Assembly (NCBI RefSeq): GCF_006345805.1
Contig: NC_043008.1
Coordinates: forward strand, 79,670,001-79,734,000
Source: Octopus sinensis
Lineage: Eukaryota
Length of the DNA stretch: 64,000 nt
Direction: 5' to 3'
Under the pieces are notes generated by a model. That model was not told the DNA's origin. It worked only from the letters and a program-made list of their open reading frames with translations, and searched no databases. A program made the translations under genes and the position numbers. Numbering within the stretch: position 1 is the first letter of the stretch; each line of letters begins with the position of its first letter. Shown piece after piece: positions 28,245-40,160 of the stretch.

Positions 28245-28745
28245 AAGGCATGTGGTTTAGTGGTTAGGGAGTTTGGCTTATGATCATAATGTAGTGAGTT
28301 CAATTTCCAGCAGTTTTGTGTCCTTGAGAAAGAAGCTTTATTTTATATTGTTTTAATCAACTTGACTGGCAAAAATGAGTCGTACCTGTCCTCCAAGGAG
28401 CCAGCCTTGTCACACACTGTGTCACACTAAATCTCCCAGAAAACTATGGAATACTCAGCCACTTACACGTTAATTTCACAAGCAGGCTGTTCTGTTGATC
28501 AACTGAAATACTCATTGCCATAACCGATGGTGTGTTAGTTTTTGTGTGTCCTTGAGCAAGACACTTTCTTTCATATTGCTCCAATCCACTCAGCTGGCAA
28601 AAATGACTTGTACCTCTATTCCAAAGGACCTGCCTAGAATTATGTTAAAGGTACGCATGTCTGTGGAGTGCTCAGCCACTTGCATGTTACTTTCACAAGC
28701 AGGCTGTTCTGTCAATCAGATCAGCTGGAACTCATCATCATCATA
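28245..28745 (+). mobile_element. Degraded tRNA-derived SINE(s)
   Basis: A-box tggtttagtgg, B-box gagttcaatttcc, and gtccttgag(c)aagacactt core seen twice. Confidence 0.65.
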
Positions 28746-28777
28746 TATCTGTGGATTCAAATTAAGATAACTGGTGT

Positions 28778-29952
28778 CTATAGAGATGGAAGTGGCATGA
28801 GTTGAGTGGATACAAGACATTTATCTTTGCTTGTTGCTGCAGAGGACCTTGATCGGCGTCCATGGGCAGTTTTAGGTCTAGTGGTTGATTTCTTCATTAC
28901 CAGTGGCAGTGGAGTTGGAGGTGATGATGACTGTGATTCTGGCTTCCCATAGAAACTTTGTTCTTTTCCCTGATTTCTACTATTGTTCTCATTTGGTTAC
29001 TGGAATATCAAACTGGATTTCTTGTGTTCTGACACTAACCTCTTCATTTGCCATACATTGTGCTTCTCAGTCTTGCTAGCTATTTCAAGTTCCTCTTTAT
29101 TTTGATCAACACCACAGTCAGCAAATCTTGTTGAACTCCCAGGATTATGAAGAGGAACATCTGTTTTTTGTTTGCCAATTCTGAAGGTTTGTCATCCTCA
29201 AGAAATTCACTTCAAGATTCTCCTCATGCAACAAACTTTTGCCTGCTTTAACAAAACCTGAACCCGTCTGAGGAGCAGACAAAGTCTGCTCTTCAACACC
29301 AGCATTGTCATCACCCTCATGCTGTTCCTTAGTCATAAACGGAAAGCCATATGTAGGTTTTGGGCTTTGTTTTGGCACGTCAATGGAGCTCTTTGCAGTA
29401 GAACTTGCAGACAGGATTTTCTTTCCTTTTGCCTTTTGATGCATCCATTCTTCAAATGCTGCACTCGAGCGGAGCTGACGATCTGCTTTGAAGGCTGCAT
29501 CGAGCTTTCTGTTCTCAGTTTCCAGATTCTTTCTCACCTTCATCTCTCGTTTCTGTTGCCAGAAGTCTTTGTCTTTCTTCTGCAACCATTTCAGGATATG
29601 CGGATTACTGTCGTTTGGTCCGGAAACTGTTGTCAACACTACGACAGGTTTGGTTTGCAGCATTTTCCTCTGATGCTGTCTGTAGGGGTAACTTCTTCTG
29701 ACGGACAAAACTGCCTCTGCCAGGATGTTGGCTTTGTTGCTGCTGCTGTTGGTGGTGCTGTTGGAATGTTCTCGTGTTGGTCAAAGATGCCTTTGGAAGA
29801 TGATGAGGTAAAAGAAGGATTCACAGATGACTTTTTGGGGCTAACTGTAGTTTTGGTTCGAAACAATTTCCTGTTGTTTTGGAATCTGCGATTACCATTC
29901 AGCAACCTTTGGTTCCTCCTTTCATGTCTAATTTCATTCTCTCCAAGGCTCA
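28778..29952 (-). CDS. Candidate terminal exon of a host coiled-coil protein (CCDC34/CCDC181/MAP9-like W-spaced helices), reading frame disrupted
   Basis: Acceptor tctcttattttccag at 29953. ORF pieces 29952-29639, 29780-29145 (KWLQKKDK...AAFEEWMHQK) and a further frame to TAG at 28778 (RPKTAHGRRSRS). No TE motifs. Two frameshifts and one in-frame stop are needed to join the pieces. Confidence 0.55.
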
Positions 29953-30222
29953 CTGGAAAATAAGAGATATAATAAAGTTATGTGTGTGTAAGCACAGGTA
30001 TGTGTGTCTGTGTGTGTTTGTGCATGTGTGTGTGTGTGGTTGTATAAGTATGTGTGTATATGTGTAAGAATGGGTGCATGCATGTGTATGTATATATATA
30101 AGCATGGCTGTTTGGAAAACAAAGAAGTTTGTTTTCTAACTACACAGTTCAGTCACATTGCATGGCACCTTAGGTAATAATAAGTAATAATAATAATAGT
30201 AATAATAATAATGATAATGGTA

Positions 30223-30855
30223 ATCCTTTCTACTAAAGACACAAGGCCTACTAATGTTTCACTGGTACTTAATTTATCGACCCCAAAAGGATGAAAGTCA
30301 ACATTGGCAGAATTTGTACTCAGAACGTAAAGATGGATGAAATACTGCTAAGCATTTTGCCTGATGTGCTGACGAGCCTACCAGCTCGCCCCCTTAATAA
30401 TAACAACACCAACAACGTTAATAATCCTTTCATAGGCACAAGGCCTTAAATTTTGTGGTGAGTGGGGTCAGTCAATTAGATCGACTCCAGTATGCAACTG
30501 GTACTTAATTTACTGACCCTGGAAGGATGAAAGGCAAAGTTGACCTCGGCATCATTTGAACTAAGGATAAAGTGACAAGCGAAATACTGCTACGCATTTC
30601 ATCCAGTGTGCTAATAATTCTGCCAGCTCACTGCCTTAATAATAATAATAATAATAATCCTTTACACTAAAGGCACAAGACCAGACATTTTGAGGGAGGG
30701 GACTTGTCGATTACATTGATACTGAATTTATCGACCATGAAAGGTTGAAAGACAAAGTCAACCTCGGCAGAATTTGAACTCAGAACATAAAGATAGACAA
30801 AATGCTGCTGAGCACTTTGTCCGGCATACTAACAATTCTGCCAGCTTGCCATCTT
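30223..30855 (-). mobile_element. Three head-to-tail tRNA-derived SINEs separated by (TAA)n
   Basis: Units end at 30395, 30637 and 30855. Minus-strand head with A-box (tggcagaat) and B-box (gagttcaaattc); central gcctttcatcc...ggtcgataaa box; (ATT)n tail. Confidence 0.85.
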
Positions 30856-30873
30856 AATAATAATAATAATAGA

Positions 30874-30904
<31 letters not shown>

Positions 30905-31492
30905 TTGGGTTGTCTGGAAAGTTTGTACCGATGTATAGTAGCTTACCTTTTGACTTATTTTAGAACATGGTAGAGTCCATAAAATAGGATTTGACTACAC
31001 CTCCATTTAGAGCACAGTTTAAGCTATCTTTTCGTGGAAGAAGATTTGTTCCTATAACCTGTGTTAATTCTACAGAATTAACACAGGTTATAGGAACAAA
31101 CCCTTTAAAACGGAAGATAAGAAAGTTCATTTTCGGCACTCGATGCTTTGGGGATCAGACAAAAATTGCTGTAGCTTAGCTGGGATGTCTTACCCCACCC
31201 TTTATATTTACCAGACATTGCTCCTTCAGATTTCCGCTCATTCAGGTCTCTGCACAATAGTCTTAATGGTAAAAATTTCAATTCCGTGGATAAGGTAAGA
31301 AGATACCTTGATGAATTCTTTGCCATGAAACCACCTCAATTCTGGGAAGAGGATATTTTCAAGTTAAAGGAAAGATGGAGATGCATTGTGCGACAAAATG
31401 ATTCATATTTGGTTGATTGAAAATGTAATGGCAAGTATTTATTGACATTTTTTCTTTCCTTTGAAAATTGGCACAAACTTTCCGGACAACCC

Positions 31493-31494
<2 letters not shown>
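30905..31494 (+). mobile_element. Internally deleted mariner element with TIRs and TA TSD
   Basis: TIRs ttgggttgtctggaaagtttgt / acaaactttccggacaacccaa, flanked by TA. Transposase C-terminus WDVLPHPLYLPDIAPSDF...KERWRCIV. Confidence 0.9.
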
Positions 31495-31539
<45 letters not shown>

Positions 31540-31730
31540 TAATGGTTTCAAATTTTGCCACAAGTATAGCAATTTTGGATGTATGAATTACATTGACCCC
31601 CCAGTGTTCAACTGGTACTCATTTTATCGACCCCGAAAGGATGAAAGACAAAGCTGACCTCAGCACATAGCAATGGGTGAAATACTGCATTTCATCCAGC
31701 GTGTTAACAATTCTGCAAGTCCGCTACCTT
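31540..31730 (-). mobile_element. Fourth tRNA-derived SINE of the TAA cluster
   Basis: Same atcgaccccgaaaggatgaaag core; (TAA)n on both sides. Confidence 0.8.
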
Positions 31731-31758
31731 AATAATAATAATAATAATAATAATAATT

Positions 31759-33475
31759 GATTACAAAAAAGCATTTGACAGCATACCACATTCGTGGATT
31801 CTGAAATCGCTGGGCATTTTAAAAATTTCTCCTGAGATTTCAGATTTTTTAAAGTATATGTCACTATGGAACACGAGGCTCCAGTTATATCATTCTAATA
31901 GAGTATTGTGCTCAAACAATATTAGCATAAACTGTGGCATTTTCCAAGCCGACTCACTTTCACCACTAATTTTCTGCATAGCACTAATACCACTCTCAAG
32001 TGAACTGAATAGAACAGGGTATGGCTGCAACATTGACAACAGGAAAATAAGCCATCTATTTTATATGGATGACTCAAAACTATATGCCAAAGATGATGAA
32101 GAGCTTGAAGGACTCATATATACTGTGAAAGGATTCAGTGATCATATCGGGATGGAGTTTGGTCTTGAAAAGTGTGCCAAAGCCACTTTTAAGAAAGGGA
32201 GATTGGTAAAGTCAAGCTCAATCGAATTAGATGTTCAAACAGTAATAAAGGAACTTGAGCAGGAACAAACCTATAAATAATTAGGAATAAATAAAGGCTC
32301 TGGTATCCAGCATGCAAGCATGAAAGACAGGGTTAGGAAGGAATGTTTTAGAAGTTCGAGCAATCCTGAAGTCTGAGCTCAATGCATATAATAAGGTTTT
32401 TGCCATAAATTCCTTAGCAGTCCCAGTTGTTCTTTATAGCTTCAATGTCCTTAACTGGAATACCAGTGAAATAATGAAACTTGACAGAAAAATCTGCAAG
32501 CTACTGACTTGTAATAAGATGCACCGTCCAAAGGCAGACAAAGTCTTTACCTTCCCAGAGCTCAATAAGGACGAAGTTTGATCGAGCTTGAACATCCGTA
32601 CAAAACCACCACAATCGGACTGGCCTTGAAGCAACCAACGATTGGATGCTAAAACTTGTTGAAAAACATGAAAAACTGAAAAAACTTCACTCTATTCTGA
32701 AAGAGAGCAAAAAATTCGCTACTGATCTCTTAGATCGATCAGGCTGAAGGAAATGCACCCACTGCCACTGCAAAGAAAAGAAAATTGATTGCAAAGACAA
32801 AAGTGCATAAAAAATTAGCTAGCAGATGGGAACAGAAACCTCTGCATGGCAAGTATGTGGCCTGCAGCAAACGAGCTGATGTTGACCAGAAACACACGCA
32901 CCAATGGTTACGAAGCTCAGGGCTAAAAGCGGAGAGTGAAGGTTTTATATTAGCTGCTCAAGACCAATGCTTATTAACACGGAACTACCAAGCCAATGTG
33001 ATAAATAATGGAGCTGACCCAAAATGCCGATTCTATAATGATGAGATTGAAACAATAGACCACCTAATCTCAGGGTGTAGAGTCGTAGAACCTGTAGAAT
33101 ATAAAGCAAGACATGACAGAGTCGGCCAGTATTTACACTGGACAATATGTCGGCATTATAAAATCAAAACCGCTGACAAATGGTATAAACACCATCCTGA
33201 AGCTGTGACAGAGGGAGAAAATGTGTCGATTCTATGGGACTTTCCCTTACATACTGACAGAACTATGAAAGCTAATGAGTATTCCTTGCGATCACAATAT
33301 AGCAGCAAAAGAATTTGACAACATTAGTAAATATAAGGACTTGCTAATGGAAATTGAAAAAATGTGGCATCTCAGGGCGACTACAGTACCAGTGATTCTG
33401 GGATCTCTGGGAATGATAAGAAAAGGTACTGAAACCTATTTGAAAATGATACCAGGCTTACTATTGCTCCTCCTC
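31759..33475 (+). mobile_element. R4/Dong-clade RLE non-LTR retrotransposon, 5'-truncated, abutting (TAA)n
   Basis: DYKKAFDSIPH, GIFQADSLSPL, HLFYMDD, EGFILAAQDQ, CRF..ETIDHLISGC, RHDRV, ILWDF, VPVILGSLG. Confidence 0.88.
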
Positions 33476-33499
33476 CCCAATTCTAGACTTGTGTGTGAA

Positions 33500-33945
33500 A
33501 ATAAAAAGTAAAGAGTAAAAAGTAAAAGAGTCAAAAGGAAGAGTAAATATGGTTAGGCAGCATTTTAATCACTACAGATGTTTCAATGCATACAGATCCT
33601 CGTATATACAGGATTTAAAGTTTAAATTAAATTATTTAATGATTTACCTGCATAAGAAGATCTCTATGTATCTCCTCAGGCGATACTCAGTTGCTGTCTC
33701 CATAAGCAAATACAGATTTCCATGCTAAAACATCCATGGCTTCTTCTTTACTTACGTAGACAGCAACTGAGTATCGCCTGAGGAGATACATATAGATCTT
33801 CTTATATAGGTAAATCATTAAATAATTTAATTTAAACTTTAAATCCTGTATATACGAGGATCTCTATGCATTGAAACATTTGTAGTGATTAAAAAGCTGC
33901 CTAACCATATTTACTCTTCCTTTTGACTCTTTTACTTTTTATTTA
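33500..33945. repeat. Fold-back / MITE-like element with ~190-bp inverted arms and ~45-bp spacer
   Basis: 33516-33706 is the reverse complement of 33751-33940 with few mismatches. Confidence 0.9.
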
Positions 33946-33946
33946 G

Positions 33947-34000
<54 letters not shown>

Positions 34001-34152
34001 CATTGGGTTGGCAAGAAAGTGATTTCCTTTCTTGCAAATACATGCCCTTTTTGTTTCACTACCTTTTCACAGCATTCAGTTTATTCTGTCAAATGTGATG
34101 ATTATTTATTCACATTGTTTTAAATTAATCACACATTATCTCATAGCTTTTT

Positions 34153-34490
34153 GAAGGTGCATGGCTCAGTGGTTAGAGCTTCGAGCTTACGATCATGAGG
34201 TTGTTGAGTTTGATTCCAGGACCAGGTTGTGTGTTGTGTTCTTGAGCAAGACACTTTATTTCACGTTGCTCCATTTAGCTCAGCTGTTGAAATGAGTTTC
34301 GACATCACTGGTGCCAAGCTGTATCGACCTTTGCCTTTCCCTTGGATAACATCGGTGGCATGGAGACAGGAGACGGGTGTGCATGAGTGACTGCTGGTCT
34401 TCCACAAACAATCTTGCCCAGACTTGTGCCTCGGAGAGTAACTTTCTAGGTGCAATCCCATGGTCATTCATGACTGAATTGGGGTCTCCC
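34153..34490 (+). mobile_element. tRNA-derived SINE
   Basis: tggctcagtggttagagc A-box, gagtttgattcc B-box, cttgagcaagacactttatttcacgttgctcc core. Confidence 0.8.
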
Positions 34491-34790
34491 CCTCCCATAT
34501 ATGTCATAGCTTTGATAATATGATTGTATGTTTTTAGAATGATATTGTCATGTCGATGTGAAAGGCCAGATCTGACTGGTTTGAGCATGAAACAGGTCAA
34601 ATATTTGGGTTAGATGTGGCTGGTTTAAATGCTAAGATTAGTCAATAGGCAAGACATTACTGTGTGCTTTGCACACATAGTTTTGGGTTCAGTCCCACTG
34701 CATGGCACTTTGAGTGTCTTCTACTATACCTGTGGGTTGACCAATGATTCATAAGTAAAATCTGGTTGATGGAATCTGTCTGGAAGCCTG

Positions 34791-35004
34791 CCAAGGGGGG
34801 CTGAAAAGTTTCTGGCTTTTAGTGTGTCGCGAAAGGCCTGGCTTGAGGCCCAATCTTCCAAGTTCTTTTACAGGGCTTAGAAAAACTGAGATTGCAGCAA
34901 CAAGTGTGTGACTCTGAGAGGGGCATATGTTGAATAAAATCATAACTGATCATCCTGTGTTTTCTTTTACCCAAAGCTAAGAACTTTTCAGTGCCTCCCG
35001 CGTA
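34791..35004 (+). mobile_element. Mariner-derived MITE
   Basis: TIRs ggggggctgaaaagtttctggcttt / aaagctaagaacttttcagtgcctcc; transposase C-terminal relic LQGLEKL. Confidence 0.7.
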
Positions 35005-35088
35005 TGTGTTTGCATGTGCTTGTGTGTAAGTGTGTTCATGCTTATACTCACTGCATAACAACTGGTGTTGGTTTGTTTACATCTTTGT

Positions 35089-35267
35089 AATAAGCAATTT
35101 GGACAAAGAGACAAATAAAATAATTACCAATATAAGTACAAGGGTAAATTTCTTCAACTAAACCCTTCAATGTGGAGGCACCACATTGAAGGGTTTAGTT
35201 GAAGAAATTTACCCTTGTACTTATATTGGTAATTATTTTATTTGTCTCTTTGTCCAAATTGCTTATT
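35089..35267. repeat. Perfect 87-bp-arm palindrome with 5-nt loop, inside a SINE
   Basis: 35089-35175 is the exact reverse complement of 35181-35267; loop aggca. Confidence 0.97.
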
Positions 35268-35989
35268 CAACATGGTCGCAGTCCAATGGCTGAAACAAGT
35301 ACAAGAAAGATTAAAGGAAAGGGAAGGTATTTTGAGAATTTCGGTGCTCATGTAACAGGATGGGAGGTCCCCACACTGGATGGGTGCAGCTTGCATCCTT
35401 TACATTAAATATTAATCGAAGGAAAGAGTCAAGACTTCCGATTAATTTCAACAGTATAAATATTTATTTCTTGATTCGCAATATATACATTTCTTCCTCT
35501 GGGCGGATCGGCAGCCTAAGAGGTTATCACAGTAGTCAAGCGGAGTGAGTCAATCCTGTCCGTTCAAGCATAGCAAAGACATGCCATGAGGTAGCAGCTT
35601 GAGAGAGCTGATAAAACATTACTGTCTTGTTCAGCTGCTGGCATTCAAGAGAGCAAAAAGAGGGAATTTCGCTGCTGCTAGTTTTCTGTGCATGCGCATG
35701 AGGGAACTTCCAGCAGGCCTCACTACACTCATATAGAGGAAGTTGTCTGAAACTGAAGCTATTAGGTTTAGTGATGTAGAGAATGTGTTTGAGAACAAAA
35801 GTTACAAAAGTGAAAAAAACATGATTGGGTGAAAGTTAGGTAAAGTGAGGTATTTAGAAAAGCCTCTCAGTTCAGGAGCTGCTTTCCAGTGCACCCAACG
35901 TACAAAAGTATTGGATTTTTGAACAAATAGTTTTGCAATTTCTATCTTCTCAAGTATAAAGAAATGGATGATTAGGTTTGTTAATAGAA

Positions 35990-36960
35990 GAATAAGATCA
36001 ATTGCCATTAGTAAGTAAGATTTATCTGTTGTACAGCTATGAGATTAATGGAGAATCTTGCCTCTCACAATATATATAGATTTCTCATGGCATCAACAAA
36101 CAAAATGGAAAAGATGTTGGCCTGGAGGATAGCAAGTAGTAAGCCAATGTATAATTGCCCCCTTTCACACATAATCTACCATTATTTTCCATACACATCA
36201 CATGCTCATTCCAGTGCAATCTTCTCTGATACCTGATTCCTCTTGAACCCATTTTTTTTTAGCTTAGTAGTTCTTTGACTTTCATTCACACTGACATTAC
36301 ATCTATTGGAACATGCCAGTTCTAACACAGACATCACACAATCAGTCCTTCTCTCCAAGAGGAAAAAAAAACCTTCATTGCCAGCAGGGACAGTAGCTCC
36401 CTGAACTTTTTCCAACCAGTATTTACTCTGGCTACTATACTTTCAGAGTAACTGTCGAGGACATCACCTCAGTAACAAAATCTATCAGCTACTTTTAGTG
36501 AGCCATTCAGACATTCAAGGGATTCTATTTCTGGTGTGTTGAGAGAAAATACTACTCCAGTGAATATATCACATATGAAGCTTATGTTCTCTGATAGCCT
36601 GCCTGGGATTCTGCAATATCTCTTGTGTGTTCTTAACTTACATTGAGTGCAGCATGAGAAGTTTATACCTATCCCTTTTCTACATGCTGAACAAAGCTAT
36701 TTCCCTGAGGGTACCAGCATCCTGTTTTCTTTTCTACTTACAAACACTTTCATATTTGCTTGGTTTATCTTAAATCTTCTTCATTCTGGGTTCAGCTTCC
36801 ATGCCTGGAATTCCCCTCTAATTCCCCTATAGATTCAGCAATGAGAAGTAGATCTTCAGCATATCAGAGTTCCCATGGACAGACAGTCTTAAACTCATCT
36901 GTAATGGCTTATAGGACCTAGAGGGATTGGAGAGGACTGAGGACTGGACCCTGGTGGACA
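35990..36960 (-). mobile_element. Degraded RTE-like LINE RT fragment
   Basis: Minus strand EFSVKAYVHQGPVLSPL...EFKTVCPWEL*YAEDLLLIAES. Confidence 0.75.
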
Positions 36961-36999
36961 TATGCCTTCACACTAAATTCATCACTGAAATCGTTGTTG

Positions 37000-39900
37000 A
37001 TTTTATCTATTACATGTTTCAGTCATTTAACTGTGGCTCTTCTGGGACACCGCTCTGAAGGGGGTGAGTCAAACAAATCAACCCAAGACTCATTTTTTAA
37101 AGCCTAGTACTTATTTTATTAATTTCTTTTGCCGAAATACTACCTTATAGGGATGTAAACACACTAATGCTGCTTGTCAAGTGGTGGTGAGGGACAAACA
37201 CAGACATGAACACACACACACACAGCCTCAGGAAGACCAAAGCCTTATTAGTGGATTTATAGATGGAAACTGAAAGAAACCCGCCAATGGGCTTTTTTTC
37301 AGATCCCATCTACCAAATCCACTAACAATGTTTCAGTTGGCTATAGTAGAAGGTACTTGTCTAAGGTGCCATGCAATAGGACTGAACTATGTGATTACGA
37401 TACAAACTTCTTACCACACAGCCGCATGAGATGTCTTGTTACAGCTCAGTCATAGTTCTGTTAATTGTCTCTGATATTTCATATGTTTTGCTAATTCTGT
37501 GATTAATAGTTCTGTGATATCTGCGAAGGCTTGGCAAAGCTATTTGTCAATATCTTGAGCTGTTTAGAACAGCGTAAAGCTTTCTTGTGTACACACCATT
37601 TAGAGTTTTCCTCATGTGTAGGTGTCCATGTTAGAAAACCATAAATCATAAATCACTGATTATAGATTTTTATCTTTTATTTGTTTCAGTAATTGGACTG
37701 TGGTCATGCTGGAGCACACCTTGAAGAGTTTTAGTTGAATAAATCAACCTCAGTACTTGCATTTTTAGTGTTTTTGTCTAGTTACATATTCTACTTTCTC
37801 TTTAGCCAAATTGCTCTGTTATAGGGATATAAATAAATTAACGCAGGTTGTCAAGTAGTGGTCGGGAGAAACAAACATACACACACGCACATACACATAC
37901 GGACAGACCATAATAATACACTGTATAAAATTGTAAAATAAGAGAAAATAAATTTTGAGGATGAATGTCTCCATATTCAATATCATTACAATTATTACTA
38001 ATATATTCCAGACAATGAAGCAAACATGGAATTACCATCAGAGGAACTTACAGAGTGACTGACAACTAAAAGTAGTCATAGATGTGGTTAGCCGTAAACT
38101 GGAACATGACTGAGAGCCACCACAGTATCCACCTGGATGATATATCCCCCCAGGCGCAGGAGTGGCTGTGTGGTAAGTAGCTTGCTTACCAACCACATGG
38201 TTCTGGCTTCAGTCCCACTGTGGAACCTTGGGCGAGTGTCTTCTATATATTTCTTTACTACCCACAAGGGGTCAAACATAGAGGGGGCAAACAAGGACAG
38301 ACAAACGGATTAAGTCGATTACATAGACCCCAGTGCGAAACTGGTAATTTATTTATCGACCCAGAAAGGATGAAAGGCAATGTCGACCTCGGCGGAATTT
38401 GAACTCAAAACGTAACAGCAGACAAAATACACCTATAGTGTCTTCAACTATAGCATCGGGCTGACCAAAGCCTTGTGAGTGGATTGGGTAGATGGAAACT
38501 GAAAGAAGCCAGTCATATATATGTATATATATATATATATATGTATTTGTGTGTACATGTTTGCATGTCTGTGTTTGTCCCCCCCAACATCGCTTGACAA
38601 CCGATGCTGGTGTGCTTACGTCCCCGTAACCTAGCGCTTCAACAAAGGAGACCGATAGAATAAGTACTAGGCTTACAAAGAATATGTACTGGGGTCGATC
38701 TGCTTGACTAAATGCAGTGCTCCAGCATGGCCGCAGTCAACTGACTGAAACAAGTAAAAGAGTAAGAAGAGAGAGTCAAATGTAATGTTTATTTATATAA
38801 ACACTAGCAGCATAGTTCGGCGTTGCCCGGGTATGTGAGAGCCCCTAGTTGGCAACGACTAATCCCAATCTAGTCCTTTCCCTCTAGGGAAGGAAGGCGC
38901 ATGTGTAGGTTGCAATGTCTTCTCTTCACTCGAATACTTCTGTGTATACGATGTTCCTAGCTGTCCCTTTGGGCGAAAACATGAAAACATCATTGCGCCT
39001 CCCAACGCGTGAACAGCCCACGTAGAGTTGACCGTGGGCGAAGCACTGTTCGCCCAACTGTAACCCAGCGACTTGTAGCGTTTGGTTTTGGGATTTATTG
39101 ATGAACATTGCGAAGCAGAGTTTAACAGGAAACTGAGAACGCCTGAAGTGGATTGGTAGGTCAGCGCCCGACGGTTGAAGGTGCATGCGTGGAATGAAGA
39201 CGTCCTCTCCCTTCCCACAATCGGTAAGTATTGTGGCCGTTATTAAACGTGGTGGCAAATGTTTCACAACCAGACGTGTGCCGTTGTACCGTTTAGGTGG
39301 AACCAAATTCCTGATGAGCATAATGGGCGCACCGACTTTTAACTTCAGGATGTGTGGCGGCAGGCCTGGCGGTTCAAGTGAATTCAGGAATTCAACAGGA
39401 TAATCGGCAAGCTCGGTGGGGTCTGCTGTCCTATCAATAGATTTGTAGACGTGGACATCACCAGGAATAGCTGCAAGTAGCTGGATATTGATGGAGTTGA
39501 GAGTTAAAAAGGTCGAGTTGCGTCCCCTAGACAGTCTGTGGATTGTGTTTCTGATTCTCGACCCCATGTCGAATCTATCGATTTTTTTCAGAACTGGGGG
39601 AACTTTTCAAAATTTTCGCTGCGTTAGTTTTGAATTATGACATTGGGCTATGTGTGTGTCAAGTTTCATCAGAATCGGTTGAGAGCCGTGGTTAGGGTGA
39701 GGGTACAACCTGACAGACACACAGCCACACAGACAGACAAACTGCCGTTTATATAGAGAGAGATTACATTTGACTCTCTCTTCTTACTCTTTTACTTGTT
39801 TCAGTCATTTGACTGTGGTCATGCTGGAGCACCGCCTTTAGTCGAGCAAATTGACCCCAGGACTTATTCTTTGTAAGCCTAGTACTTATTCTATCAGTTT

Positions 39901-40160
39901 CTTTTTCCGAACCGCTAATTTACGGTGACGTAAACACACCAGCATCAGTTGTAAAGCAATGTTGGGGGGACAAACACAGACACACAAACACATACCCACA
40001 CACATATATATCCATACAGGCTTCTTTCAGTTTCCGCCTACCAAATCCACTCACAAGGTTTTGGCCGGCTCAAGGCTATAGTAGAAGACACTTGCCCAAG
40101 GTGCCCCGCAGTGAGACTGAACCCGGAACCATGTGGCTGGTAAACAAGCCGCTTATGCAC
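37000..40160. mobile_element. Cluster of abundant tRNA-derived SINEs, one nested, in both orientations
   Basis: Repeated gtggtaagtagcttgcttaccaaccacatggttc head and cagtcaaatgactgaaacaagtaaaag tail. A second SINE is inserted at ~38245-38432. Confidence 0.8.
38804..39763 (-). mobile_element. 960-bp non-autonomous Helitron with both termini and a PIF1 helicase remnant
   Basis: 5' A|TCTCTCTCTATATAAACGG, 3' GC-rich subterminal cccgggcaacgccg then CTAG|T, no TSD. ORF 38926-39567 has PPHILKLKVGAPIMLIRN, QFPVKLCFAM.INKSQ.QTL and HGQLYVGCSRV. Confidence 0.93.
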
